Origin: a virus
Taxonomy: Duplodnaviria; Heunggongvirae; Uroviricota; Caudoviricetes
Length of the DNA stretch: 64,000 bases
Direction: 5' to 3' (one strand)
Virus record (IMG/VR): IMGVR_UViG_3300025387_000012
Location: 64,001 to 128,000 of that record
Part shown: in pieces, positions 55,404 to 64,000 of the stretch
Position numbering within the stretch: position 1 is the first letter of the stretch
Layout: every line of letters starts with the position of its first letter
Notes under the pieces: generated by a model
What the model was told of the DNA's origin: nothing
Database searches by the model: none
What the model saw: only the letters and a program-made list of their open reading frames with translations
Made by a program: the position numbers and the translations under genes

Positions 55404-58400
55404 ATGAGCAAACTCCTATCCACAATCAACCTTCTCGAAGGCATCACCCATATTGAGGACCTCCCTATCCAGGAGTTCATCCGTACGGTGAAGTCCGTGA
55501 AGGAAAAGATTGTGACAGAAAAGTTGGATGGTGCTAACCTCTGGTTCGGTCTTGACGAAACAGGGTTCTTTACGTCGCGCGAAGGCAAGTCCCCAAAGCG
55601 CGGTCGCTTCTATAGCGTCAACGATTATCCAGACAATGCCAACAGCAATGCATTCCGCGCAGCGCACCTTGCCCTCGAGAAGGTCGTGCCAACCATTCGC
55701 AAGTTCCTTAAGGTTGGCGATATGGTTGAGATGGAAGTTCTGTTCGGTCGTCAGCCAAATACCGTAACGTACGGCGTTGAAGGAAAGAACTTCATCGTCA
55801 TCCTCCGTGGTGTGAACAGCACTCCCCAGGATCGCGTAGACAATCTGTCTAAGGCGCTTAATGGCAAGAAGGTCGATGTCACCAGCATGGTCGTATCGTC
55901 TCCAGATGGTGACACTCTGGAAAAGAATGACGAGAAGATGGTTTGGGAGTTTACGAACGTTGCTCCTATCGAAGCTGAGAAGATCGACACTAAGGCAGCC
56001 ACAAACCTTCTCGGTCAGATGGAGAAGTTCGTAGCTGAAAAGAACAAAGAGTTCCCTGACCTAACGAATGGTCAGGTTGCAGAGCTCAGCCTCACTCAAG
56101 TTTCAAAGGACAAGAGAGCAGAGGCCAAGGCAGAACGCGAGCGCGTCAACGCCTACATCATGGACACCTACAAGGCTCCTATCAAGGAGATGCTGCTGAA
56201 CAACTTCGTTCGCAAGGTGAAGCCATTCCTTCAAGATGACAACCTTCATCCGTCCGAAGACATCGGCGTTGAAGGCGTTGTCGTTCGTGACCCAGTTACT
56301 GGAAGCCAGACGAAGATCGTCGACAAGGACGTCTTCACTGCGATCAACACCTTCAACTCTGCGGTACGCGCCAACATCGCGGGTCTGGTTAGGACGACTG
56401 ATCAAGACAAGCCTGTTGAGATGAGAGGCGGCGCCTTTGGTGAAGCTCGTATCCGCATCGCTGAGCTGATGGGCGCCAAGGAACTTGCACTGGCATCTGG
56501 AACGAAGCGCTTTATCAGCAAGTTCAAGAAGTCTGAGCCAATGGCTACCGCGCAGGCAGTAGCGAACAGCCTCAACATCAACAGCGTAGCCTCTACTAGA
56601 ACCAAGATCGCTGCGATCCTTGAGAACGCTCTGAAGGAAGTCAACGGCATCCTTCAGCAGTTCAAGGAAGAAGCCGGTGAGTTCAAGCTCACTCTTAAGA
56701 CCGGTAAGGAGATTGGTATTTCTCCTGAAGTTATGAAGCGCACTCTTACCGCGTTTGCTGAGACCAAGAAAGACATCAATGAAGTCAGAGCCCAAGTTCT
56801 TCAATCTAGAACAGCAGCAGACTTGGTCATGGCACTGTACGGTAAGACCATTGAAGCAGTCTCTGACGGCGAAGAAGGCGAAGTGAAAGAATCATTCAAT
56901 CTAATCAAGTCCATCAATGAAGATGGTGCAGCTGCTGGCGGTGGAGCCGCAGCTGGTGGAGCTCCTGCAGCGGGCGCTGGTGCGGCAACTGGCGCCGGGG
57001 CGACTAGCGGTTCGGTACCAGCTCAGACTGGTTCTCTTGGCCCAGGATTTACTGGCGCTGGTGCGGCTGACGCATCCAAGGCCGGCACTACTCGCGTTGG
57101 TAACATCGCGCCATATCCATTCAAGCTCTTCAAGAACAAGGTCGTGATGAAGCGCTCGCGCAACTTCACGCGTCCTAAGAAGTTCCCTATCCCAAGCATG
57201 GAGCCTAAGGGCGCTAAGATGGGTGTTCCTGAGAGCAAGTTCTCTCTCCTCAAGATAAGCGAAGATTGGGCACACCTTAAGGACATGAAGTTTGCAACTG
57301 ACGTTGACAATACGGCTCACGGCCAGACCGACGTTGAGTTCAAGCAGCTTCGCAACAACGTAAACATGGGTGACAACGTCACGACCATGGACGTCAACCG
57401 CTATCTCGACAAGGCCCATGAGATCAACGATGAAGTTGACTCTGTCGTCTTTGGTATGGAGATGGATGACGGTTCTGTTGTCAAGGTCTATGTCAACGCT
57501 GCCCAGGCCGATGCCTTTGAAAAGGCTCTGGCTGATATGCTCGGCAAAGAAGACAACATTGAAAACGTCGTTAACGATCTAGCCGACAAGTTCGACATCG
57601 TAGACGTTGAATGGCCAGAAGGTGTTAACACTGGTGAAGAGCCAGGTGCTACTGGTGATGAGAGCGAAGATGTTGAGGATGAAAATCCAGATATCGACAT
57701 GACCATCTACAACGACGAAGATGAAGGCGAGCCTGAAGAAACCGAAACTGACGTTGACACTGAGACTCCTCCTGAAGGTCAGGAAGAAGAAGGTGGTGAA
57801 GAGACCGAAGGTGAAGGCGAAGAAGAGTCTGAAGGCGAAGAGGAAGAAGGCGGTGAAGAGCGCGACGAGTTCGGGCAGATCATCAAGAAGAAAAAGAAGA
57901 AGGCTGAGACCACTGAAGAAAATCTGAAGGCGGTTGGTAATCTTCTGAAGGAAATGGCAGTGTTAGAAGCAGCCAATCCTACCTTCTCTAACCCAACTGT
58001 TCAGGCGGTAAGTGACATGCTCATCGCGATGGGCTTCGATGTCAATGCTAACCGTTCATTCTCGTACCAAGCAAAGATCCTTCAAGCCAAGAACACTCCT
58101 GGTATGATGACGGCGAAGAACTCGGCAGTCGCGCAGAAGATCAAGATCGCGCGTGATGCTCTTGAAAATGCTGTTGCTTCCACTCAGTCCGCCACAGCTC
58201 ATGCTGCTGCTCCAGCAACTGCAGGAACCCAGCAGAACCAAAGCTTCTCACTGATCGGCTCAATCATTTCTGAAGCTGACGCCGGATGGATGGTTGCTGA
58301 TCTTGGCAGCCTTGGCTTCCAGGTTTCAACCCGTGGAATGCTGATTAAGATTAGCGATAAAGAAACAGCAAGTCTTCGTTCCGCTCTTAAGGCTGGTAAG

Positions 58401-58550
58401 CCACTGAGCGTCATGTCGACCAATGGCAATACATACGTCTTTACCCCTGAGGAAGATGGCGGTTACGCTGTAGTCCAAAAGGACCAGCCTGCTAGCAAGA
58501 AGACAATGACTTCTCCGGAAGTCGATAAGCTCATCAAAGAACTGGGATAA
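55404..58550 (+). CDS. large protein: ATP-dependent ligase/nucleotidyltransferase-fold N-domain plus Gly-rich, acidic and small C-terminal segments
   Basis: TEKLDGANL (motif I), EMEVLF, EGVVVRD (motif IV) and KIVDK (motif V). Later GGAAAGG run, Glu-rich tract, and repeated F(S/N)L(I/L)..I.E motifs. Confidence 0.65.
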   Translation: MSKLLSTINLLEGITHIEDLPIQEFIRTVKSVKEKIVTEKLDGANLWFGLDETGFFTSREGKSPKRGRFYSVNDYPDNANSNAFRAAHLALEKVVPTIRKFLKVGDMVEMEVLFGRQPNTVTYGVEGKNFIVILRGVNSTPQDRVDNLSKALNGKKVDVTSMVVSSPDGDTLEKNDEKMVWEFTNVAPIEAEKIDTKAATNLLGQMEKFVAEKNKEFPDLTNGQVAELSLTQVSKDKRAEAKAERERVNAYIMDTYKAPIKEMLLNNFVRKVKPFLQDDNLHPSEDIGVEGVVVRDPVTGSQTKIVDKDVFTAINTFNSAVRANIAGLVRTTDQDKPVEMRGGAFGEARIRIAELMGAKELALASGTKRFISKFKKSEPMATAQAVANSLNINSVASTRTKIAAILENALKEVNGILQQFKEEAGEFKLTLKTGKEIGISPEVMKRTLTAFAETKKDINEVRAQVLQSRTAADLVMALYGKTIEAVSDGEEGEVKESFNLIKSINEDGAAAGGGAAAGGAPAAGAGAATGAGATSGSVPAQTGSLGPGFTGAGAADASKAGTTRVGNIAPYPFKLFKNKVVMKRSRNFTRPKKFPIPSMEPKGAKMGVPESKFSLLKISEDWAHLKDMKFATDVDNTAHGQTDVEFKQLRNNVNMGDNVTTMDVNRYLDKAHEINDEVDSVVFGMEMDDGSVVKVYVNAAQADAFEKALADMLGKEDNIENVVNDLADKFDIVDVEWPEGVNTGEEPGATGDESEDVEDENPDIDMTIYNDEDEGEPEETETDVDTETPPEGQEEEGGEETEGEGEEESEGEEEEGGEERDEFGQIIKKKKKKAETTEENLKAVGNLLKEMAVLEAANPTFSNPTVQAVSDMLIAMGFDVNANRSFSYQAKILQAKNTPGMMTAKNSAVAQKIKIARDALENAVASTQSATAHAAAPATAGTQQNQSFSLIGSIISEADAGWMVADLGSLGFQVSTRGMLIKISDKETASLRSALKAGKPLSVMSTNGNTYVFTPEEDGGYAVVQKDQPASKKTMTSPEVDKLIKELG

Positions 58551-58551
58551 A

Positions 58552-59220
58552 ATGAAGTTCAACTATCCTGATCTTACAGCTACCCCTTTCAAGGGTATGC
58601 GCTTCTACGAAACGCCTGAAGGAAAGTTCTACCCATCGGTTACGACTGTCTTGGGTGGTACGATGCCAGAGGAAAAAGCTCAGTCGCTGAAAAAGTGGCA
58701 GATGTCCCTTGGTGTTGACCTAGCGCAGAAGAAGACGCAAGAAGCTGCAGATCGTGGAACGGCTGTTCACCTAATGGCCGAGCGCTACCTTAAAAAGGAA
58801 CCGCTTAACCAAGGTGAGAACTTTTCGGCAGAGCACATTGCCTCATTCAATGCGCTCAAGCTGAAGCTAAACAAGGTTGAAGAGATTTGGGGTCAGGAAG
58901 TTGCTCTGTACACCGATCTCCTTGAGATGGCAGGTAGAGCCGATCTGATCGGAGTCTACAAGGGCATTCCAAGCATCATCGACTTTAAGACATCTACGCG
59001 CATCAAAAACAGTCATGATGTCGATGACTACAGACTTCAGCTGACGGCATATGCTGTTATGCACAACGAGCTTTTTGGTACTGACATCGAGCATGGAGTG
59101 ATCCTCATCACTTCGGCGGGTGGCTTCCCACAGGAGTTCAATGTTGATCTTCGTGACTACGTTGCGAAGTTGGCTAATCGAGTAGACGAGTTCTACGCTA
59201 AACTTTCAACGATGGTGTAA
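58552..59220 (+). CDS. PD-(D/E)XK exonuclease (Cas4/RecB-like phage exonuclease)
   Basis: YPSVTTVL, RGTAVHLMAE, EVALY, AGRADLI, IIDFKTS, LQLTAYA. Confidence 0.88.
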   Translation: MKFNYPDLTATPFKGMRFYETPEGKFYPSVTTVLGGTMPEEKAQSLKKWQMSLGVDLAQKKTQEAADRGTAVHLMAERYLKKEPLNQGENFSAEHIASFNALKLKLNKVEEIWGQEVALYTDLLEMAGRADLIGVYKGIPSIIDFKTSTRIKNSHDVDDYRLQLTAYAVMHNELFGTDIEHGVILITSAGGFPQEFNVDLRDYVAKLANRVDEFYAKLSTMV

Positions 59221-59225
59221 GACAC

Positions 59226-59483
59226 ATGGAAGAGATCATAACAGCAATCGCCAAGAACCTTGGTTTTGATTCGCTTGAATCGCAAAAGAGCGATGAGCTT
59301 GACTTCAAGGAAGTCAACGTAGAGCAAATCAAGAAGGCTCTTGAAGATGCTTTCAAGGCTGGTCAAAAACATAAGGAAGTCAAAGAGGAAGTTGCACAGA
59401 CTGACTCTAGCTTCACAAGCAACGGTGTGGCTCGTAGAATGAGAGAGCTTGCCGGCATACCTCATAAGGACAACTTCGTATGA
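59226..59483 (+). CDS. small hypothetical protein
   Basis: 85 aa, contains RRMRELAGI. Confidence 0.65.
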   Translation: MEEIITAIAKNLGFDSLESQKSDELDFKEVNVEQIKKALEDAFKAGQKHKEVKEEVAQTDSSFTSNGVARRMRELAGIPHKDNFV

Positions 59484-60244
59484 CACCTATCACTCTTCAT
59501 GTTCATCCTAAGGCTCATGGCGAAATCAAGAAGCACATGGTTGATCTGCTGAAGTCTCATGGCTTCAACATCGATCATGAGCATGACGCTGATGGCCATC
59601 AGATCGTTGTGGCTACTGAAATGGATGCTGCAAAGAACGATGATCCATCTGAAGTGCCGGCTGCCGAAATCAACACTGCTCCTGTAGAAGTTCCAGCGGT
59701 TGATCATTCTGAACCAGTCGCGGCTTCTGAAGAGCCAACTGCAGAGCTTACCGTGGCCATCGATCCTGCATCGGCGGTTGCTGCGGCTGCTGACATCCCA
59801 GCGACTGTCCCATCTACAGAACTATCCCCAGAATCTCCTTTGGTTCAAGCATCATCTGGTCTGACCGGACTGGTGACTGTGAAAAGTTTGTCTTCTGTTT
59901 GCAACGTTTCTTTCTGTTTTGATCCTTCTCTGCCATGTAGCGAGCTTAAAGTTAAGGGGCTCACTCCAATGGGGGACTACGTTTCTTTTGAGTATTGCTC
60001 AATCTCGTTTAAGTTCCCGGTAGAAAAGCCAGAAGCTGGCGGCATCGTTGCTAACACTGAGCCACAGTACACTAACACGTCCATCAGAGCAGTCCTCAAC
60101 CCAGTTGGCACTGAGGTTGATGTTCCTGTTCTCCTAAAGCTCGTCGATGGAGACGAGTGTGGCGTTGTATTTGGTCAAGACATGATGGCCGTTATTACCG
60201 CTGCATTGGAGAATGGTTCGCATGATCAAGTATCAGCGCAATAA
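59480..60244 (+). CDS. hypothetical protein with acidic Pro/Ala-rich linker
   Basis: 254 aa, ATGA-coupled. Confidence 0.65.
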   Translation: MTPITLHVHPKAHGEIKKHMVDLLKSHGFNIDHEHDADGHQIVVATEMDAAKNDDPSEVPAAEINTAPVEVPAVDHSEPVAASEEPTAELTVAIDPASAVAAAADIPATVPSTELSPESPLVQASSGLTGLVTVKSLSSVCNVSFCFDPSLPCSELKVKGLTPMGDYVSFEYCSISFKFPVEKPEAGGIVANTEPQYTNTSIRAVLNPVGTEVDVPVLLKLVDGDECGVVFGQDMMAVITAALENGSHDQVSAQ

Positions 60245-60998
60245 CATCATCTTTCGCATAGCGTCATCAGACGCGATCAGCAAGTTTAAGCACACTCAGG
60301 CGCATGCGTTCGTTCAACTTGCGCGCCCTGAGTTTAGCTTTGACGTCTCTGCCCGTGAAGTCGTTCTCCTTGAGTATGACAGAATCTCGCAGTGGTTGTA
60401 CCGCATCGAGAGAATCTTGCAATCTGTGGGAGAAGGTGAAATGCCAATACAGCTACGTACGGCTGTAATGGAGTCGTTCCGGGAGGAGATAAACGTCATC
60501 GAAACCGTTCTGGAGACACACCCAGAGGTGTTTGATGCACCGGTTGTTGAGTTTGCCAAGCTCATTCATGTCTATGCGTTCTTCTTGATGGAAGATCAGA
60601 TGGCGTGCATGATGGACGATACCATTGATCGCTCCTTCGTGGCACTGGCTGATCTAGTGTCTGAGTATCTTCAACACCTTCTGATCTGCCTTCACGAATA
60701 CAACAGCAACTGTATCCTTCGCATTCCTGAACCATTCGTTTGCATTGATGACTTTTGCATGTGCATAAAGAAAGCGCAGCGCCGCTTCCTTCCTATCGTT
60801 AAGCGCGTTCAGTTCTTTAAGAAGATGGGATGTGGCAACACCTACGTCTTTAAGAACTACTCAACGCAAGAAGATCTGTTCGATAAGGCGGTTAAGGCTC
60901 TTAAATCTGCAGACATTAAACTCATCCCAGAGCAACTGCCAGAGGAAGTTGCTCAAGCAGCTGATAAAGATCCTGAAGCATCTTACGCATACGCATAG
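60213..60998 (+). CDS. hypothetical helical protein
   Basis: 261 aa; start may be ATG 60222. Confidence 0.65.
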   Translation: MVRMIKYQRNNIIFRIASSDAISKFKHTQAHAFVQLARPEFSFDVSAREVVLLEYDRISQWLYRIERILQSVGEGEMPIQLRTAVMESFREEINVIETVLETHPEVFDAPVVEFAKLIHVYAFFLMEDQMACMMDDTIDRSFVALADLVSEYLQHLLICLHEYNSNCILRIPEPFVCIDDFCMCIKKAQRRFLPIVKRVQFFKKMGCGNTYVFKNYSTQEDLFDKAVKALKSADIKLIPEQLPEEVAQAADKDPEASYAYA

Positions 60999-61048
60999 TC
61001 CCCTGCATACGCGGTGGGATAAATACCTCGAACTTTTGAGTAAGGTGC

Positions 61049-61720
61049 ATGGACATATTTTTCACTCTGCTACAACAGCTGGCCAAAGCGCTGTCACCGA
61101 GCCAGTTTGTATTGGTGCTATGCACGATCGCTGCTGCGTGCTGGACAATCGTTTACTTCATCGTTAAGAACCTGCGTAACAAATCGGGCATCTGGGCTTT
61201 CCTTGGTGCCAATGAGGAGCCAGTTGAGCTTAAGGATCTGAAGACCGCGATTGACGCTCTATCCGCTGAAAATGCGGCACACCACAAGACCCGCTCTGAA
61301 GAGATAAGTGGCATTCTTGCTGCACTCGAAAGAGAAGGTCAAGCAGCCGAAGAACGTACTGAAAGCCTAATGACGGTTCTTGAAGAACTGAAAGAGGTTC
61401 ATGACTATCTTGATGAGGTCAAAGCTGATCTCACCAAGCAGATCGATGAGCTTAAGCATCAGTTCACGATGCACGATCTTCATGAGCAGCAAATCTATGA
61501 GAGCCGCAAGATTACTCTCAACAGTACTCTTGACATGATCAACAAGGTCCACAACCAAGTTGAGAAGATCGATGAGTACGTTCGCAATGCAGTTCCTGAG
61601 TTCAAGCAGTCACACCGTGATCTGACTAAGGACCTTTCTAATCTAAGCCGTGATGTTGCTCTTATTGAGCGCAGCATTCAAACCCAAATCAGCTCCGTAC
61701 ACGCGGTCAGACTTCGATAA
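61049..61720 (+). CDS. membrane-anchored coiled-coil protein
   Basis: N-terminal TM helix then a long heptad region. GATAAATA at 61018-61025. Confidence 0.7.
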   Translation: MDIFFTLLQQLAKALSPSQFVLVLCTIAAACWTIVYFIVKNLRNKSGIWAFLGANEEPVELKDLKTAIDALSAENAAHHKTRSEEISGILAALEREGQAAEERTESLMTVLEELKEVHDYLDEVKADLTKQIDELKHQFTMHDLHEQQIYESRKITLNSTLDMINKVHNQVEKIDEYVRNAVPEFKQSHRDLTKDLSNLSRDVALIERSIQTQISSVHAVRLR

Positions 61721-61757
61721 ATAGTTCAGACCTAGCTCACCCTATCCAAGAGGCACC

Positions 61758-62393
61758 ATGAGAAGCCCATTCATCGTCATTCAGGACTTTCTTTCTCCAC
61801 AGCTTTGCGAGAAGATCGTTGACGACATCAACGTAAAAGCGCCTGACACTGATAAGGCTGGCAATCCGAAGAAGCTAGAGCGTCACGCTCTTAGATGGGA
61901 ACAGGATATTGCCGAGCGCTTCAGGGATGTTGTTCCTGAGATTGAACAGCGCTATGACGCGACGTACCGTGGTCTTGAGCAGCCTCTTTTCCAGTACTAT
62001 CCCGAATATGCCAAGGCACCGGCTGAACAGCCGGGCTGCGAAAACTCCAAGTACGTCCGCAAGAAGTGGGTCATGTACAAGGACGTTGATCTGGTTGGAT
62101 TCGTGTGGCTCAAGGACTACAACGAGAACGTTCCCCTTGATCCGCGTCATGAAGTTTTTGGTGGCAAGCTAGAGTTTCCGGTCTACAACTTCAGTCTCGT
62201 TCCTCAGCGCGGAACGCTGGTTCTTTTCCCAGCTGGTCCGCACTTCATCACCGTCATCTCACCGATTCTTCTGAGCGATCTCTATCAGATCAAGCTCAAC
62301 GTCTGCATTAACGAAAAGAACGGTGGCCGCTGGTTCTACCAACCAGCAAAGTTCCCTGGTACATGGCAAGAGTGGCTTTCTGAGCACATGTAA
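61758..62393 (+). CDS. 2OG-Fe(II) oxygenase (prolyl-hydroxylase-like)
   Basis: DFLSPQLCEKI, FVWLKDY...FGGKLEF, PQRGTLVLFP...H pattern of the DSBH oxygenase fold. The HxD motif appears degenerate. Confidence 0.65.
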   Translation: MRSPFIVIQDFLSPQLCEKIVDDINVKAPDTDKAGNPKKLERHALRWEQDIAERFRDVVPEIEQRYDATYRGLEQPLFQYYPEYAKAPAEQPGCENSKYVRKKWVMYKDVDLVGFVWLKDYNENVPLDPRHEVFGGKLEFPVYNFSLVPQRGTLVLFPAGPHFITVISPILLSDLYQIKLNVCINEKNGGRWFYQPAKFPGTWQEWLSEHM

Positions 62394-62485
62394 CCCTGGG
62401 TCCTTCCAGAGGATCCCAGATAAAGCCCAGCGTAAAAGCCTATGGGCACTACAGACAAAATAAGCCTCACTTCTGAAATGAACTG

Positions 62486-62514
62486 TGTACGCCCAGATGG
62501 TTGTGGTGTACAAT
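62486..62514 (+). promoter_or_regulatory. sigma70-like promoter variant
   Basis: TGTACG-N17-TACAAT upstream of 62546. Confidence 0.5.
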
Positions 62515-62545
62515 CAACCATATCCAATCTTGAGAAGGAGTTGAC

Positions 62546-62674
62546 ATGGTCAACGTTATCGTCGATGTTCTACTGGCGGCTGTCGTGCTCTACATCGGGT
62601 ACGATCTGTTCAAGACCAAGAGCCGCGTCACCGTGGTTGAGAAGAAGACCAAGGATTTGGTCTTAGACGAATGA
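62546..62674 (+). CDS. 42-aa single-pass membrane protein (not in ORF track)
   Basis: SD AAGGAG, MVNVIVDVLLAAVVLYIGYDLFKTKSRVTVVEKKTKDLVLDE, stop overlaps the next ATG (ATGA). Confidence 0.7.
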   Translation: MVNVIVDVLLAAVVLYIGYDLFKTKSRVTVVEKKTKDLVLDE

Positions 62675-63159
62675 GTGCTTTCGACCGTCTCCCTTTGGAG
62701 CGGCGAAAGGCGATTCTAGATGGGCTGATGGTGAGGAAGCGGCGCTACATTAGTGCGCTAAACCGCGAGCCCTTAAAGGCAAAGGTGATCATCGTTGGTG
62801 ATCGCCCTGGTCCGGCTGCACCAACCGACCCAAACTACCATCACACGCCGTTCTATTCAATCAAGCACTGCTCGGGCTGGCTCAACACTCTGCTTCAGGA
62901 GCGGGGTATTTCTGAGAATGATCTTCTGTGGCTGAACGCTGCAGATCGTCTTGGCAATCCAACGGACCCCAGGATTCTGAAAGACAACGTGTCCCTCCTT
63001 GGGCTGCACATCATCTCACTGGGTGGGAATGCTCAGCGCTGGCTTGCCAAGGATTGTAAGCAGGGAAGCGAGATGATCTATCATCCGCAATATTGGAAGC
63101 GGTTCCGCAACAAGGAACCCTATCCTCTCATAGACCGTCTGGCCGAGATTACCGCTTAG
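62671..63159 (+). CDS. uracil-DNA glycosylase-superfamily-like protein
   Basis: IIVGDRPG (cf. GEAPG motif), LWLNA, IISLGGNA, IYHPQYW. Confidence 0.55.
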   Translation: MSAFDRLPLERRKAILDGLMVRKRRYISALNREPLKAKVIIVGDRPGPAAPTDPNYHHTPFYSIKHCSGWLNTLLQERGISENDLLWLNAADRLGNPTDPRILKDNVSLLGLHIISLGGNAQRWLAKDCKQGSEMIYHPQYWKRFRNKEPYPLIDRLAEITA

Positions 63160-63998
63160 ACGTTGCCGATCTTCTTACGCCAGTACTGAACCCCGCCAAG
63201 GTCCTTTCCATTTACGGCACTCCCGACACCGTCATGGTGAATTAGCCCGTAAAGGAACTGTGACCTGGTGAGGGAGGCGTAGTATGGTGCTGAAGATCCA
63301 GACCAGCTCGTAGGCTTGATCTGCTTACCGACAATCCTAGTCTTTCCAGATGAAACAAAGTTGTTCCACGCAGGTCTCATCTCTGTCTTGTAGAAGTCGC
63401 ACATCGCGCGGGTCGCATATGTGACGTTGCAGCGGTTAGCGCACGTTGGTGGAACACCCAATCTCCCATAGTACTTTATAGCGAGAGCGTCCAGAAACTG
63501 GAACAGTCCAGTCGCTGACGATGTTGGGCACTTTGCGTATGGGTCAAGACCAGATTCAATCTTAGCAACGTTGACAATAAAGTCAGCCTCACTGCTGTCA
63601 AGACCCTGTGCAGCGCATTCAGCACGAATCTGCTGCTCGACCCCGGCTGGGTCTGCGTGATAGTCTGCAGGCTTGCAGCTTGACGTGTGAGTTGCTTTTC
63701 CAGTTGCCACAACCGGCTCAGATCCGTCTGGACTTGGATTAGGAATGGTGTCTGGGCAGTCATGGCCCGCCAGAGCTTCAGCGGCAGACATTCCAACAGC
63801 GGTGTTATTTCGCGTTGTGAACCCGCCGGAAGGAGCAGTTGTTCCATCTTGCTGCGGCTGGGTTGGATCATTGTTGTTCGCAACAGTTACCGCACCGTGA
63901 AGGTATGGGCCTGGATCAACTGGATTCTTGTAGCCGCCCTTGTGAAGCTCAAAGTGAAGGTGAGCACCCGAACCAATCCCCGCATTTCCCTCAATGGC
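63156..63998 (-). CDS. M23 peptidase + lytic transglycosylase tail-associated lysin, 5'-truncated by window edge
   Basis: Frame open to the window end: GSGAHLHFELHKGGYKNPVDP (M23 HxH), linker, then VAKIESGLDPYA...SSATGLFQF (SLT). Confidence 0.85.
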   Translation of the reverse strand, partial: AIEGNAGIGSGAHLHFELHKGGYKNPVDPGPYLHGAVTVANNNDPTQPQQDGTTAPSGGFTTRNNTAVGMSAAEALAGHDCPDTIPNPSPDGSEPVVATGKATHTSSCKPADYHADPAGVEQQIRAECAAQGLDSSEADFIVNVAKIESGLDPYAKCPTSSATGLFQFLDALAIKYYGRLGVPPTCANRCNVTYATRAMCDFYKTEMRPAWNNFVSSGKTRIVGKQIKPTSWSGSSAPYYASLTRSQFLYGLIHHDGVGSAVNGKDLGGVQYWRKKIGNV

Positions 63999-64000
63999 AA

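Noticed and set aside
58552-59220. Cas4 / CRISPR system
   Set aside because: No repeat-spacer array or other cas genes. The protein fits the common standalone phage exonuclease.
61049-61720. Holin or spanin call
   Set aside because: A TM helix plus coiled coil is suggestive only. There is no adjacent endolysin or lipoprotein partner and no diagnostic motif.
1-64000. Stop-codon reassignment as in some jumbo phages
   Set aside because: Conserved enzymes are full length under code 11, and TAA, TGA and TAG all end genes at expected positions.
1-64000. tRNA, tmRNA or rRNA genes
   Set aside because: No cloverleaf with T-loop and D-loop consensus in the few intergenic gaps. GTTCGA-like hits fall inside coding regions or a terminator loop.

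Overview
This 64-kb window is a fragment of a large, T4-superfamily-like (jumbo) tailed phage genome, densely coding and mostly on the + strand under standard code 11. No taxonomic or host assignment can be made from the sequence alone. In order, it holds: nucleotide and NAD-related genes (SLOG-like, thymidylate synthase, macrodomain, a probable ADP-ribosyltransferase); a compositionally foreign tail-fibre/adhesin cassette (about 6.9-12.2 kb); ClpP and PhoH; a late-promoter-linked cluster of glycosyltransferase-like, radical SAM and carbamoyltransferase genes; an RNA-repair region (two RNA ligases, a receiver-like domain, a PTH2-like protein); the replication core (DsbA, family B polymerase, probable clamp, RNase H/flap nuclease, primase, helicase); a 1048-aa ligase-fold protein with repeated putative prohead-protease sites; and a partial M23 peptidase/transglycosylase. 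The clearest finding is two fractured genes, an Rnl1-type RNA ligase and PolB. Each is split at its active-site motif into two ORFs carrying the N and C halves of a naturally split intein, with a Vsr-like homing endonuclease gene between them (antisense in the ligase, sense in PolB). Three more free-standing homing endonucleases (2 GIY-YIG, 1 HNH) are present. Two promoter classes recur: TTTACA-N17-TAnnnT and a T4-late-like (A)TAAATA box. No tRNA, rRNA, CRISPR array or reverse transcriptase was recognised. All protein calls come from motifs recognised by eye; no database searches were run.
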